Assembly: GCA_048128005.1 (NCBI GenBank) | Contig: JBEUKZ010000006.1 | Location: forward strand, 62,001 to 126,000 | Source: Veleropilina oligotropha | Taxonomy: Eukaryota | Reading direction: 5' to 3' | DNA: 64,000 nucleotides | Part shown: positions 26,253 through 40,375 of the stretch, in pieces | Numbering within the stretch: position 1 is the stretch's first letter | Layout: every line of letters begins with the position of its first letter | The notes under the pieces: model-generated | Seen by the model: the letters and a program-made list of their open reading frames with translations, nothing else | What the model was told of the DNA's origin: nothing | Database searches by the model: none | Program-made: the position numbers and the translations under genes

Positions 26253-27476
26253 TGAGAGACACGAGCGCTCTCATCCACTACACTACAGGGTGGCCTTGAC
26301 AGACACGCTCTCATCCACTACACTACAGGGTAGCCTTGAGAGACACACTCTCATCCACTGCACTACAGGGTGGCCTTGAGAGACACACTCTCATCCACTA
26401 CACTGCAGGGTGGCCTTGAGATACACACTCTCATCCACTACACTACAGGGTGGCCTTGAGAGACACACTCTCATCCACTACACTACAGGGTAGCCTTGAG
26501 AGACACACTCTCATCCACTACACTACAGGGTACCCTTGAGAGACACACTCTCATCCACTACACTACAGGGTGGCCTTGAGATACACACTCTCATCCACTA
26601 CACTACAGGGTGGCCTTGAGAGACACACTCTCATCCACTACACTACATGGTGGCCTTGAGAGACACACTCTCATCAACTACACTACAGGGTAGCCTTGAG
26701 AGACACGGTCTCATCCACTACACTACAGGGTAGCCTTGAGAGACGCGCTCTCATCCACTACACTACAGGGTGGCCTTGAGAGACATGCTCTCATCCACTA
26801 CACTACAGGGTGGCCTTGAGACACACTCTCATCCACTACACTACAGGGTAGCCTTGATAGACACACTCTCATCCACTACACTACAGGGTGGCCTTGAGAG
26901 ACATGCCCTCATCCACTACACTACAGGGTGGCCTTGAGAGACACACTCTCATCCACTACACTACAGGGTGGCCTTGAGAGACACACTCTCATCCACTACA
27001 CTACAGGGTAGCCTTGAGAGACACGCTCTCATCCACTACACTACAGGGTAGCCTTGAGAGACACGCTCTCATCCACTACACTACAGGGTGGCCTTGAGAG
27101 ACACGCTCTCATCCAGTACACTACAGGGTGGCCTTGAGAGACACGGTCTCATCCACTACACTACATGGTGGCCTTGAGAGACACGCTCTCATCCACTACA
27201 CTACAGGGTGGCCTTGAGAGACACGGTCTCATCCACTACACTACATGGTGGCCTTGAGAGACATGCTCTCATCCACTACAAGGTGGCCTTGAGAGACACT
27301 CTCTCATCCACTACACTGCAGGGTGGCCTTGCATGTATGAGACACGCTCTCATCCACTACACTACAGGGTGGCCTTGAGAGACATGCTCTCATCCACTAC
27401 ACTGCAGGGTGGCCTTGCATGTATGAGACACGCTCTCATCCACTACACTACAGGGTGGCCTTGCATGTATGAGACA
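26253..27476. repeat. 40-bp minisatellite, ~30 copies
   Basis: Unit gagagacacactctcatccactacactacagggtggcctt. Confidence 0.95.
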
Positions 27477-30111
27477 AAATGAGTTCATTAAAATATTACT
27501 AATAATTCAGTGTCAGATATATCATTCTAAACATGCTAAAAGTTACTCCCAGATTACAGAGAAAAGGATAGCAAACGTGTAAAGATCATTTTGGTATAAC
27601 TTCTTCAAACCTTTGATCACCAATGAAGAAAAATGTTCACAGCCGATACTGCCTACGATCTCGATAGTGCCTATGATCTTGAGAGCATACATGCCAAGGG
27701 GACACTCAAGGCCAAGTATCATCGGAACACATGATTAAAAATACCCTAATGACAGACTATAATCACTCAGACAAAGTACATTATATATGTGCAGAATGGA
27801 CAGTGAAAAACTCCAACCAAAAATAATTTATACATCATTTTACATCGAAGAGGTGACCGTGCCACCAATTTTGAAAGGCAACTTTATTGTACTATCATGT
27901 GACCAGGGCAGGGTAATAACATATACAAAGACATTTGCATATATTTACATCGCGCCAGTATTAAGTGATGCACGAACACTGGCAGCTGTTATATTATTCA
28001 AGAAGGCAGCTCCGAATGGTCACTAACACATACAGCCAACCACTAAATGAAAGATACGGAGGTCACTACAAACATTCAACCAGCCGCTACAGCAACGATC
28101 CCATGGTCACTCCCCTACACCGTTACTCAAATCTGGGCTAATTCATGCAGTTTATGTATACCTGCCTACTGCAAAGAAGTTTGCTTTAGTTTCACTATAA
28201 ATAAACTTGGGACCATGTGAAAATTGTTGGAAATGTATACACATTATTATGATGACAAATTAATATTGAATGACAACTCGCAATCAATTTGTCATGAAAG
28301 AATTACCACGTAGAATTTTGACATGGGTCACTTGACCATAGGGGGGTCATTTTACCCTAGTGATGAAATGACCCACAGGTCATATTAGCTTAATGGAAAA
28401 TGACCCGCGGGTCGTTATACCATGGGGTCAAAATATCATATGACACAGTACTTAATTTACTCATCTACTACGATTATCTTATCGACCCAATTATGACCGA
28501 AATATTCTTGGCGTGGTCGTTAAACATCAATTCAATCAATTCAGTCTACTACGATTAATAATCAGAAAGATTGTTGTCAGAGCTCTAAGATTTATACTTA
28601 ATATTATAAATAAAAGTAATGGTGAACTATAGGATATTAATGAATCATCGTCACTATTAAAGGCATGGAATACTATATATATCTGGTATCCTTTACACTT
28701 TAAAACGATCAAAAGAAATATTTTCCATATTTTCTACCATCAAATTTAGTCCAAAAATCATGTCAGTGTGATAGGGTTTTACAAGTACAGAATAACTGTA
28801 TACGAATTCATTGTGTTAATGTATTCAGCTACTGACGTAAAAAAATAAGGATCACAAAGCAAGTCGCTTGAACATCACAGCTCAAGGATTTGACCCAGCA
28901 GTTTATGTCATTTGCCATGCATGGTTGGATTCTAATTGAAATTGAAGCTGAAAATATTCGCCATCATTGAGCATGCATGGAGAGTCCATTATAATGGATC
29001 AGATTATTAGCGAAAGTTACTTAATTCCATTGACTTATAAACAGCAACGATCGGACAATATACACATGCAGAATTCGAAAGGCAATGTCATCACCATGTC
29101 ACAGTTGGTGTAAATCTTGCCAATTTAATTACTGACATGTTATAAAATTGACCATATCGTATAAGGGTGTACCATCACAAGTACGTTTTGGGTAGATGCT
29201 TAAATACGTTTTGGGTAGCTGCTTAATATCACATGTTAATACCCTCCAGGGTCTAATATAATGCTTCTGTTAATCAATGCAGTGAAGTTAGTAAATTGGG
29301 TGATTTAATATTGTGAAGTTGTTCACATTTTGTTGTGAGCAGACTCGATCGATATTTCAATATAGAGAATTCAGTAAATAACAATTGCCACTAAAAGCAT
29401 ATATCACTTATTGTATTAGCCAAGTCACACCAAAGAATATGACATCAATTATTCACATTATTGAGAGTGCTTATTATTTTGCAAATGTGTCGTTATAAAA
29501 GCCACATTATAATAACAACTTTGTGTCAAATATATAAATCATATATTTGGTCAAATATTTAACGTGATTCCAAGCTCAGAGAAAAATTGTCAACATGTTT
29601 CCATCCCTACTTGTGTACATTTTTCATGACTTGATTTGATTCAATCCGTCTAGTTTTTCGACTACTTTATAACAATTTTTCTGGTTGGTCTGTAGTCGTG
29701 GGCCATATACACGTACAGAATGGAGACTGAGTGTACATATGGAATCGAAATCGGGTAACTAGTGTCGTAGCCCAGTATCGTAAGTTAACAACTAGGCCAG
29801 TCCACCTTTCTAGTAATTAAATGTATCTCGATTTTAACAGGCTCCTAATAAGGGAAGGTATTTGTGAAGTCATGTGAGAAATTACCTTATATCTGTATAT
29901 CACAGTTTGCAAAAGATAACAAATATACTTACAAAAATCCAAATTTAATTTTACTCCAATGAACATATTCATATAAAACATCAGCACATTAGGATACAAT
30001 TGCGAGATTTTTACTCCTCAAGTATCGATGTTTTCATGACAATACTGTATGCATTCTATTAAGATAATAAACATGCAGCGGTCAACAGGACTTGCGAGCA
30101 CGTCAACTTAC

Positions 30112-30597
30112 GGCAATGTCGACGTCAACAGGGGCCTCCCAATCGCTGCCATCATCGCTGTCAGATTCATCGTGGTGTTTACGAGGCGATATTGAATTAT
30201 CGGGGTGTTCACAAGAGGGACCTGAATCATCTTGTTCACAAGACATATCTGAGTGGTGTTCAGGAAACAGTTCAGATTCATCATGATGTTCACATGACAG
30301 TTCATCGTGGGGTTCACAAGATAGTTCTGATTCATGAGATGGTTCCAAATCAATGTTGAGTCCCTCAGATGGTCCTGGTGAAGCATTGTTGCCATTATTC
30401 TCACCCATTTCACGCTCTGGTGGGTATGTATTCCCGTTGAACGAAGCCAAACTGGTCGTCAAAGACCCACTTCCTATCTCCGACACCGCGATCTCATTTA
30501 CATTCATATCATAACGATTGCTGCAAGTATCCACGTGCGCGATTAGCCTATTTGAATTCATTGCGGCTATTTCCTCTGCGCGATCCTCCATCTCCAT
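30112..30597 (-). CDS. ITPK: Putative alternative first coding exon of IP3K (162 aa, acidic with His/Cys-rich repeats)
   Basis: ATG in good context (actATGG) with an in-frame stop upstream. Open frame ends at GCC|gtaagt, phase 0, matching the 21498 acceptor. Confidence 0.75.
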
Positions 30598-30867
30598 AGT
30601 GAAGCAACCACTAAATTATTGACTTTGACAGCTTGACCAATGTGTAGATGTCAAGTGATAAGGCTATGTCCAGGTAAATTGCCTCCTTGAAATCGCCAAC
30701 AAGAAGTATGTCTATACAGCAAAAATGTGGCAGAACAGAGCACATACAGACAAGAGACCTGTTGCTTCTCATGCATTATAAGTCAATAGTGACGTAATTG
30801 GATTTCAATTCATTATGGTAAAGCCTCCATGAATACAATCGCAGCACAATCGATAACACACAGTGGT

Positions 30868-30876
30868 CTATATATA
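30868..30876 (-). promoter_or_regulatory. Candidate TATA box for the 30112-30597 exon
   Basis: TATATATAG ~270 bp upstream of the ATG. Motif match only. Confidence 0.3.
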
Positions 30877-33800
30877 CGTTATCAACAGTGTTATTAATGG
30901 ACGAGATTTCCTGTTAACAAGCGGTGTGGTTTTATAGCTTGTAGCTGTACACATCTATAAATCTAATCTAATCTGACTGAAAGACAAGTTGCATTGAACC
31001 TGCTGGGATATGAATGCTCCTAGAAAATAACTATTTCTGATGGCATTTCCCAGGTGGAAGTCACACCTTTCCAGGTCACATCCATAATTAACCATACCAT
31101 TAGTTCACGCGTCATTAATTTACAAAGCTCGATTGCACAATGCTGATATGGAAGAACAATTAATACAATTAGTCGTACATCTGACACATTTAAAAGTTTT
31201 GTGATCCTTCATTCAGACAGGTTTTGATTGGCCAATCCTTTTACCTCAAGGATTTTGAATTATTAAATCAATAATTAATTGCAGCTTATAGAATTAAATA
31301 AACTTATCCAGGTGGAGAGCAGATCATCTAACGACAAATGACGTCTACATGCTCCTGTATATGTCACATTACCTACATCAAAGGTTACAGCTACGTCAAT
31401 AAACAAAATCAACGTCATATTCTGTTGTTGTCAAACAAGAAAGAAGTGAGCACAGCTTACAAGCATCCGCTAGCGCCTTGTCAACATGTCAACACCAGAA
31501 AATGTTGTTTTCACCTATACTAGAGAATAGGGGGGAAAAAGAGAAAGTTTGGGTCTCAGATGAAGCAAAAGTAGCCTTGTGGTATGCTTGACCTGCTTCA
31601 GGCAAAATCATCATACATCAACCCTCACATCATTCAAGTTTTACTTTTAAAAATGTTAATTTCATAAACTTGAAAATAACAAAATGCACAGTTTTAACAC
31701 TTATGAATTATCCTACTTTACTTTGCTAGTATCTGGTATATCGCTGCGATCGATATAAAACTTTGGAAACTAAAATGTCAAATAAATTGAATGCATCTTC
31801 TTTAAAATACAATATCTGTCTAATATTAGATCTAGCAAACAATTGCAGTTCATATATGTTCACAACCCAAGTGTTTTTTATATTCAATTGCAATATTCCA
31901 TTGAGTATCAAATATGCTATTAATAACACAATCATTGCATCATTATATATTTTTTTATATCTGTGCTTGTGTAACCACACATTGCATTAACAGCATTATC
32001 GTTCATACCAGGACATGACCATTTTATCGCGGAAGGAAAGCCTGGTCACCCGAGAAAACAAATTATTTCTCAAGACTCTCTTATAAAAAGTCAATGATTA
32101 ATTTAGGCATATATCATACATACTAGTATATGAGTTTGTGACTCCTAACTCTTAGATATCTGGGTCATGCATGTATCCCTCCTAATATGTATAACTGAGT
32201 TTCTAGGCAATTACATTAACGTGTCTTGAGATATGCTTGCAAATGTTCAGACAGACCCTTAAGGAGAAGACAAATCTCCTATAGATTAAATATAACTCAA
32301 CCTTTTGAGTGCTCACAGCCACAATGGTGGCTTTGACATACAGTGCGTAGCACCCGGGGCCTGCCCGATTGTCAGGTTTCACTGATATAGCCTTAGAAAT
32401 ACTGCAAAGCATACTTAATTGCCATCACACATCTGGCATAATGTATTGCATGTCATTTTAAGTAACATATCACAAGCACTGTATAAATTTACGGAAGCAC
32501 TCAAACAGTTAAGCACCCAGTAAAGCACCACATCGGCCACCAGATCAACATTTTCAGGCATCCTGATTAGATTATTCCTGACTGAACTTTAATCAGCTAG
32601 TCCCTGGGTATAGGTCAACAATTCCTGAACGTTTTATTTAAATCTGTTCATTACTTTGTCAACATTCATCTCCTGGACTCTTCATCAAGTGCACAATCTA
32701 ATCAAATGAATGCATTATCCAGGTGTAGCATCCCAGACTATATAATACCCCCCCCCCCCCCCTTGAGTTTATACCAGGTAGATTCTGGGAGACTCCAGAA
32801 ACTACCCCGGGGTTGATTCTAGTTTCGACCCCGGGGTAGATTCTGGTGCTATCCAGAATCTACCGCCTAATTCCAGAAACTACCCCCTAAAACCATACTG
32901 ATTGGAAGATAGAACAACCTATAATGTCTTGATGAGTTGAATCAAAAGTATCACTGCTTATAGAAAAAACATCACAATGGCCAACACATTGCAAATTGCA
33001 CAAATTTTAATAATTGCTTTAATATTCCTTCATGTCTTTTAAGAATGCTATAAATTCCATATATTCAGAATATTTCATTTTATTTATTTTACAAGAATAA
33101 GAAAATCTTCATTCGCTGTTGGGTTTGTGTCCAATCATTTCTGATCGGTTCATCCAGGTTGGTGCATAAGTTTTTGTGCGATCATGCTATCAGACAAAAA
33201 TTGAACTGAAGAAACTGCAAAAACTGTAACCAATATATCATTAAAATTGGCAGAAGTATTTATCCACCAGTTTAAGATTCATTTTGTTCGTGTTGTGTAT
33301 ATGTGAAGTGGCCTTAATACAAAGTTAACCCCTGACTCTATCTGTGCAAAATTTCAATTATTTTGAACTCGTCCATTAAATTGAACCGTGCTATTCCGCC
33401 TCGGTGGCGCAGTGGTAATAGCATATTTCAGAGTCTCGGTATGCATGCACTCTGTAGATGGCTTACTAATGATAGTCCATGACACGCAGAATCGGGTGGG
33501 TTTCACCATATCCTACCGACTTTGTTTCATGAAAATATGGACATGTCCCAGCATTCCTGTGTTACTAACCGGTTACCAGGACAAGAGACATCTGCGTACC
33601 GGTACCGTGATTGATAGACATATTATAATATAGTATTATCACATATCTAGGTCATTCTCCCATAGTGCAACACCGTGTATTATTCGTCGTATTACACGTG
33701 TGTTTTTGCCATATCCAAATGCGATTGGATGAATTAATGAATGAAATTAGAACAGCCAATAGAAATGCGTGTCACTAAAGGTCGAGCGGACTTCTTGTTT

Positions 33801-34401
33801 GTACTACGTTTTGTTTAATGAGATTGCCGCCAATATTTGTAATGTTGACAATATGGCAGCGATAGTGGAAACATTTATAGCAACGGCCAAAAAACAACAA
33901 CATGTTAGAGATTATTGGAACTGATTTTGAGGTAACGAGATTGCGGACGCGACAATCACATATATGCAGGACCCGAGGTACGTATACATGTATACATAGC
34001 TTCTCCGCGATAGCAGACGTCATTGACAGATTCTAACCGGTCAGCGACACATAGTCTATCCACCGTTACTGTTTTTGGCAGATAGTTTTAAATCCTAATG
34101 AAAATTGTTATTCTAATATGTTCATATAGTTTATATAAAGTTACATCGGTTCATTTTCAAAGAATATTTATTAATTAACTTAATTAATCAACTACTTTCG
34201 CACTCTTTTTAGACGGCATTAATGTTAATAATTTATGTAATGAGTAAACACGTCCTTTTTGCATTAAACTGTTTACATATCACTACGCCGTAATGTCGCC
34301 TTCAATCTGCCGCTGATTCTTCGTACCGGTGAGGCAATTTCGTGAGTTTGTAGTTTGTTTCCTACCGAAGAGCGATATGTGATAAACAGAACCTCACACT
34401 C

Positions 34402-34523
34402 GTGGTAATGTAATATCACATTTATGAAACTCGTTTAACTAATTTTCATATTTTCCTCGGCAAGCCTCGGAAAATATGAAAATTAGTTAAACTCGTTTCA
34501 TAAATGTGATATTACATTACCAC
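34402..34523. repeat. Long inverted repeat, ~55-bp arms around cctcggcaagcctcgg
   Basis: Near-perfect palindrome read directly. Confidence 0.9.
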
Positions 34524-35392
34524 TCATATGAGATCCTCTATTTATTAAATATTAACCAAAGAGTAGAGTTTATGTTCATACACCAATTGGAGAACCTCAA
34601 AAGAAGAATCCATAATTATTATACCAACTACATTGTGATTTTGCAAATGAAGTATAAAATATTTCGCATTTTCAATGAATTTATATTATGTTTTAAAAGA
34701 AGTTGTTAGTTTGCATACTCACCAACCAGCTTTCTCTCATATTAGGCATGGTTATTTATCATGGTATCCGCATCGCATGTACGCATAGCAGTTGCCTGAC
34801 TAGTCATGTCATCTTTATCCATACTAATATTTAATCGCTGGCACAGAAGGCATCCAAAGTCTATATTGCATAATATTTTGCACCCTCACAGAACCCCCAG
34901 TACTACAACGCTCCGACATTCTATATTTATTTCGTTAGCTTCACTTAAAAAATCCATTATGTTTCTCGGAGTATAAACTATAATTAAGGTATTAAATAAT
35001 TACTCACTTAAAGACTTCTTGGTCCATTGCAATCAAAGAAATTAGCTCATTAGCCAGACTGTTTGATAATTACATGCCCTGTGGTATAGCTGCAGAATGA
35101 CCCTATCATTGTAGACATAAAATCCCTGTATTAGTCCATTTGTTATCAATAATTAATTAGCAATGTGTACTGACATGACCGAACAACAAAATACAACATC
35201 TGGTCCGTCATCCAATAATGGGCGACTTCCTTTAAGTCGATATATGCAGATTTAGCGAGCCTGCCTTAGAATATGATGTAAGAAATGAATATCACCTCAA
35301 AATCTTACATAGCGATAATTCCGATACTCTCAGTTTATATTGTTGTTGTATAATCACCAAAAGTTAGTAAGGAATAATGCATGTATGGAAAC

Positions 35393-35536
35393 TTGGAAAG
35401 GAAATTTTAATGGTATAATTTTGATTTGTTGGAAAGAAAATTTTAATGGTATAATTTTGATTTGTTGGAAAGAAAATTTTAATGGTATGATTTTGATTTG
35501 TTGGAAAGAAAATTTTAATGGCATGATTTTGATTTG
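35393..35536. repeat. 36-bp tandem repeat, 4 copies
   Basis: Unit tggaaagaaaattttaatggtataattttgatttgt. Confidence 0.9.
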
Positions 35537-36395
35537 AATATGTGTAACTTTAAGAGCAAAATACTCATTCATATCAATATATAAGTCTCAGTTTGTAGAA
35601 TGGATAATACTTGTCGCTTATGTTAGATTTAAGCATCAGAATAAGCCAAACCGGCCACAAGAAGTAAACTTATATCCTACCAGCCCATTGCAAACGACTT
35701 TATTTTCGAGGGCATTAATTTTCGTGGTATTGCATAAAAAGACATTTTCGAAGGCTGGTAATTTCGTGGATTTCATATTTTGGAATACAATAAATTATAT
35801 ACAATGTGTACTTCTGACAAGCCATTGTCAGTTTACCATCATTTACAATGGTAATTAATTAAGATAAAGGTGACACCTTCGCCCTCAGTGCTGTTTATAA
35901 TTCTAAACAACTTAACGTAATCGCAACATAGGAAAGTGTTTTCACATTGAAAGGTTGGACAATGTCGTTGTCGCCATGTTAACAGAGCCATCATTGCAAA
36001 CTGAAACCTATTCATGCAAATTGGATTATCCCTGTGCACCAGGAAGTATATCATTGTCATTGCAAACATTTTATAACAAATGGTTTAACCAAAGTGGGAC
36101 TAATTGGCAATAAAATGTTGTTTTTGTAACACTGACTTGCAATTGAATCATATAAGTGTCAAACATAATTAGCGCAGACTCATGTTTATAAATATCTACT
36201 ATATACATATTTAATTATGCATTTATTTGATCGGCCCCTGATCTAAAGAACATTTTGTGCCTTATTTGAAGTTTGTACGACGAAGCATTTTAATGCTACA
36301 TCCAAAAATCGGTAAACCGGATTTGCATCATAAAATCCGAACCGGATCACAATCCGGACCATCTTCGAGGCAAACCGAGCCACGGAGAAACCTTA

Positions 36396-36593
<198 letters not shown>

Positions 36594-37280
36594 TTATATA
36601 ATAAATGCACTGTTCATTGCTGATGATTATAAAATGCCACCCTGTCGTGATTCTTTTATCAGGACTATATACAACCGGACGTGTATAATGACGAAATAAG
36701 ACGATGTAGTGTCACGAAACTTCGTTTATGATATTGCTAGTTAGACCACGTTTTTAAACTAAAAATGGATTTATTAGTTTATTAAAATCATATTTATTTT
36801 ATTGTAAATTTTGGCAATGGTTCAAGACAGTTATATCACTCGGAAGAAGCCTGTGCACTTGGAGCTCGCGCCATGTGGTTTAATAACTATACTTATCACA
36901 TGCCAAACCTATTATGGAACGGTAGAAGCCGTTCCATAAATTTCGATACAAAAGACACGTGCCACAAGTATGCAAATGAGGGTGAGCATGATGCCCGATC
37001 GTCGCATCTGGCACCAAGTTGATTAGGCGGCGCATCACTATCATTAACATATTGAATAATTCATACGCATTGACTCATCGATTACTGATAAAGCAAAGAT
37101 GTTGAACTATTTTTTATTGGCGTACTGGCGTGGCGCGTGCTTTCGAGGCGTGATGTGTCCGAGGCATGGCAATTTATGGCTGAATGTACTGACAGAAATG
37201 AGTTTTAAAACGTAAAGAAATTAGTTTAAAAACGTAATAAAATCAGTTTAAAGGTAAATAAAGTCATGTGATAAAGAAGA

Positions 37281-37523
37281 GGAGGAGGAGGAGGAATTAT
37301 GCTTAATGGTTCAAGGCAGGACATGTCCATGTTATCGCGGGAGGAAACCCCGGTCGCCGGGTAAACCCGCCCTCTTCGGCCAGTCACGGACAACTGTGCT
37401 TCATAACTTGAACAAATGTGTGCTGCCTCAGCCGGGGGTCGATCCCACTACTGTTCGCGTCAGCGGAAACAAGCCAGTGAATATAGAGTGGACACTCTAC
37501 CCACTGCGCTACCGAAGCGGCCC
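37281..37523 (-). mobile_element. Young SINE copy with a short internal deletion near the tail
   Basis: TSD tgataaagaaga; (TCC)n tail. Confidence 0.9.
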
Positions 37524-39535
37524 TGATAAAGAAGATATCAAACTTGTTTCCATTTCATATGAGAACAAGAGCAATCAGAGGAGATTGCAAACACTCGCCA
37601 CGGGGCCAAAGAAGACGATGGTGAAAGTCAGAAATGCCGACGATAAATATTTTTAAACATGAATTACAATCATAACAAGAACGACGAGTTCGGAATATAT
37701 CTTGACTTTTCTTTTTATTTCCGTCAGAACAGTTATAACGTTACAATGGCGAAGTGTACATTTAGACTTTACGACCCCATCGATTGTGATGTCCCACAAT
37801 GATGATTAATCTAAAGCGTCATCGTAATGATGTCATTGCTATTTACTAGATATAGTTGACATACGTTATATAGCATATATGCATAAAAGTGCCTAATAAA
37901 TGCATATTTTTACAATATTTTGTCACGAAAGTTATATACAAGACCTACAAATAGTCGTGGTAATGTATATACCAAATTTGGTAAAAATTGGGCCTGTAGT
38001 TTTCACATAATCCTGCGGATATATATCTATATATATATATATATATACGTATATTTAAATCACAGCTGTGACGTCACCCATTGTTCTTTGCAACCATTAT
38101 GTGGCATAATGTACTGCAAGCATGAAGTAACAGTCTATTATTAATTGTTTGCTGTCCATTATTTCAGCTAGGTGTCTATTATTATAATAATAGACAGTGA
38201 AATAATAGACAGTGAAATAATGGACAGTGACAAACTAAAAATAGACTATTATTTCAGATATAATGTACAAATGATCAGCAAGGTAACAAACAATTGCCTT
38301 TTACATGAGCTAAAGCAACAACAAAAAGGCAATTTGTAAAGCGTTTAATGGACACTTACTCCAGTTTGCAGAAGTTCAAAATAAATATGACAATACAATA
38401 TATACAATATATATTTTTATCGATATAATATTATGTATATCCATTGAAGAAATATTTTTTCTTTATCACGAGTTGTAGGTAGCATTTTTTCTTTCTATCA
38501 AGAATTTCATCTTGGATATATGTCCTTTATATATCCTCCAAATACGACCGTAAATATCACATATAATGTTGACGATGATGATGGCGACGACGACGACGGA
38601 GACGAGTATTTCGTATAACGTGTTTGGATTATATTTGATCAATCACAATTCATAATTCCATCTATGGGATTCCGAAAAGAATGCGTGATAATCCAATAAA
38701 CCTTGTAAATCAAATGCATATTGCTCCATTATTACCAGATTATGAGTACATCCATTCGGAGTGATTAATCCATCGCATAGGTCCATCCAATGCCAGAAAT
38801 TCTCTTTATGGTTTAAATTATAATCCATTACAGATATGGGACGCTGAAAAATACAGAAATAATATTAAAGAAAGAACGAAAACAAGTACCCAAAATCAGT
38901 AAATGTCTTGTTTCACCAATACAAGCAAAGTTTAGGTGGAACCAATTCCAGAAATGATTCTGATCGTCCGCAATCGGCCAGGTATCATTTCTAGATAAAA
39001 ATTAGTTCACCATAAAAATATGTTCTCTGTCATTCATGCCAACGCTATGCAACTGTGTTTTTACATTTAATTTTAAGTGCAGAATCAATGCATAAACGTA
39101 ATTAATGTTTGGATGATTCCGTGCAGCTAAACACCAATATTATATTCCCCGTGAAAATTATACTCTAACATTATAGTTTTGTGTTTTCAGCTGTTGATGA
39201 TAGTCTAAAACAGTATATATAACTGAAACAGCACCAATATTCAATACAAATTCAAATTTGCTATTTTAAATATCTTACCTTTTGTAACTGAGACCGGAGG
39301 TTTACACCGCTATGAAGTCCAAACAAATGTCGGTGAATGTTGACAACATTGAGAAATGAACATCCATGCGCAGCATGCTTTTTCAGCATTGTCAAATTAT
39401 CCTGCATGTTTGTCTAATTAGGATAACAAAGACTGTCTGCTGATGATTGTCCATTGATATGACAAATTAGGAAACAGAGACGTATCCAATATGAAGACAA
39501 TGGGGAAGCAGTGATTTAAGTCGGAAATACGCCTC

Positions 39536-39619
39536 AAAGTGTCCATTATGTCAGATAATAGACAGTTCTCGGCGCTAACGCGCCTCAAGCTGTCTATTAT
39601 CTGACATAATGGACACTTT
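39536..39619. repeat. Perfect 30-bp-arm inverted repeat
   Basis: aaagtgtccattatgtcagataatagacag / ctgtctattatctgacataatggacacttt. Confidence 0.9.
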
Positions 39620-39717
39620 TCGGCCTATCTTCTTCACATATACACACAGACCATTTGATAATGTCTTGTCCTTTTTTACAAAAAGGTCAAGACATAAAAA
39701 TGTTATAACAAATTATA

Positions 39718-40037
39718 AACAAGAAGTGTGGGAGCCACACATTATCCCATCGGGTTTGACATAATTGATGGAGTGTACATTTTTAAGCTGATAAAGGGGA
39801 ATAACTGTGCACATACTTGGCGAAATTTTAGTAAAATGTAACATGACCGCCTGTGTTTTATTTGAAACACAGTCACAAGATGTGAACAATATCTGAGGCG
39901 AGGTTATGAAGATAATTGACTAAATATTAATGTCGAAAAAGAGAAAGTTTATATCGAAAAAGGGGGATAACTGCAAATATTTGGCAGAATAATCTGAAAT
40001 TCAATAGCAACCTAGTTTATGTCCCAATAAATCTGCT
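39718..40037 (+). mobile_element. 3'-truncated copy of the 23697 family
   Basis: Near-identical head sequence. Confidence 0.7.
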
Positions 40038-40375
40038 TATTTCAACATTTATCTGCCTTCTAGCCAGCGATTGGCTAAGACGTGTTTTTCGACGTCACGT
40101 GCTGTGAGGATAAAACTCCATACCCTCCTCCGAGACAATTTATATCGGACTTGTAAACGTCACGGAAATATCCGAAGTATAAATTGTTCTCGTCTGCGCT
40201 GTTTTCAAAACAAATCGATCAATAATTTTGTAGAATAGACATAAGTGTTGATTGCAGCGACATGTTTGAAGGTCTTGGAAAGATATTTAGAGTCTTAAAA
40301 TATGTATCGTCTTAAAATATGTACCATATAATGCTTCAATGTTTTTATTGCACTGTCCACATCATCTTCAGATAT

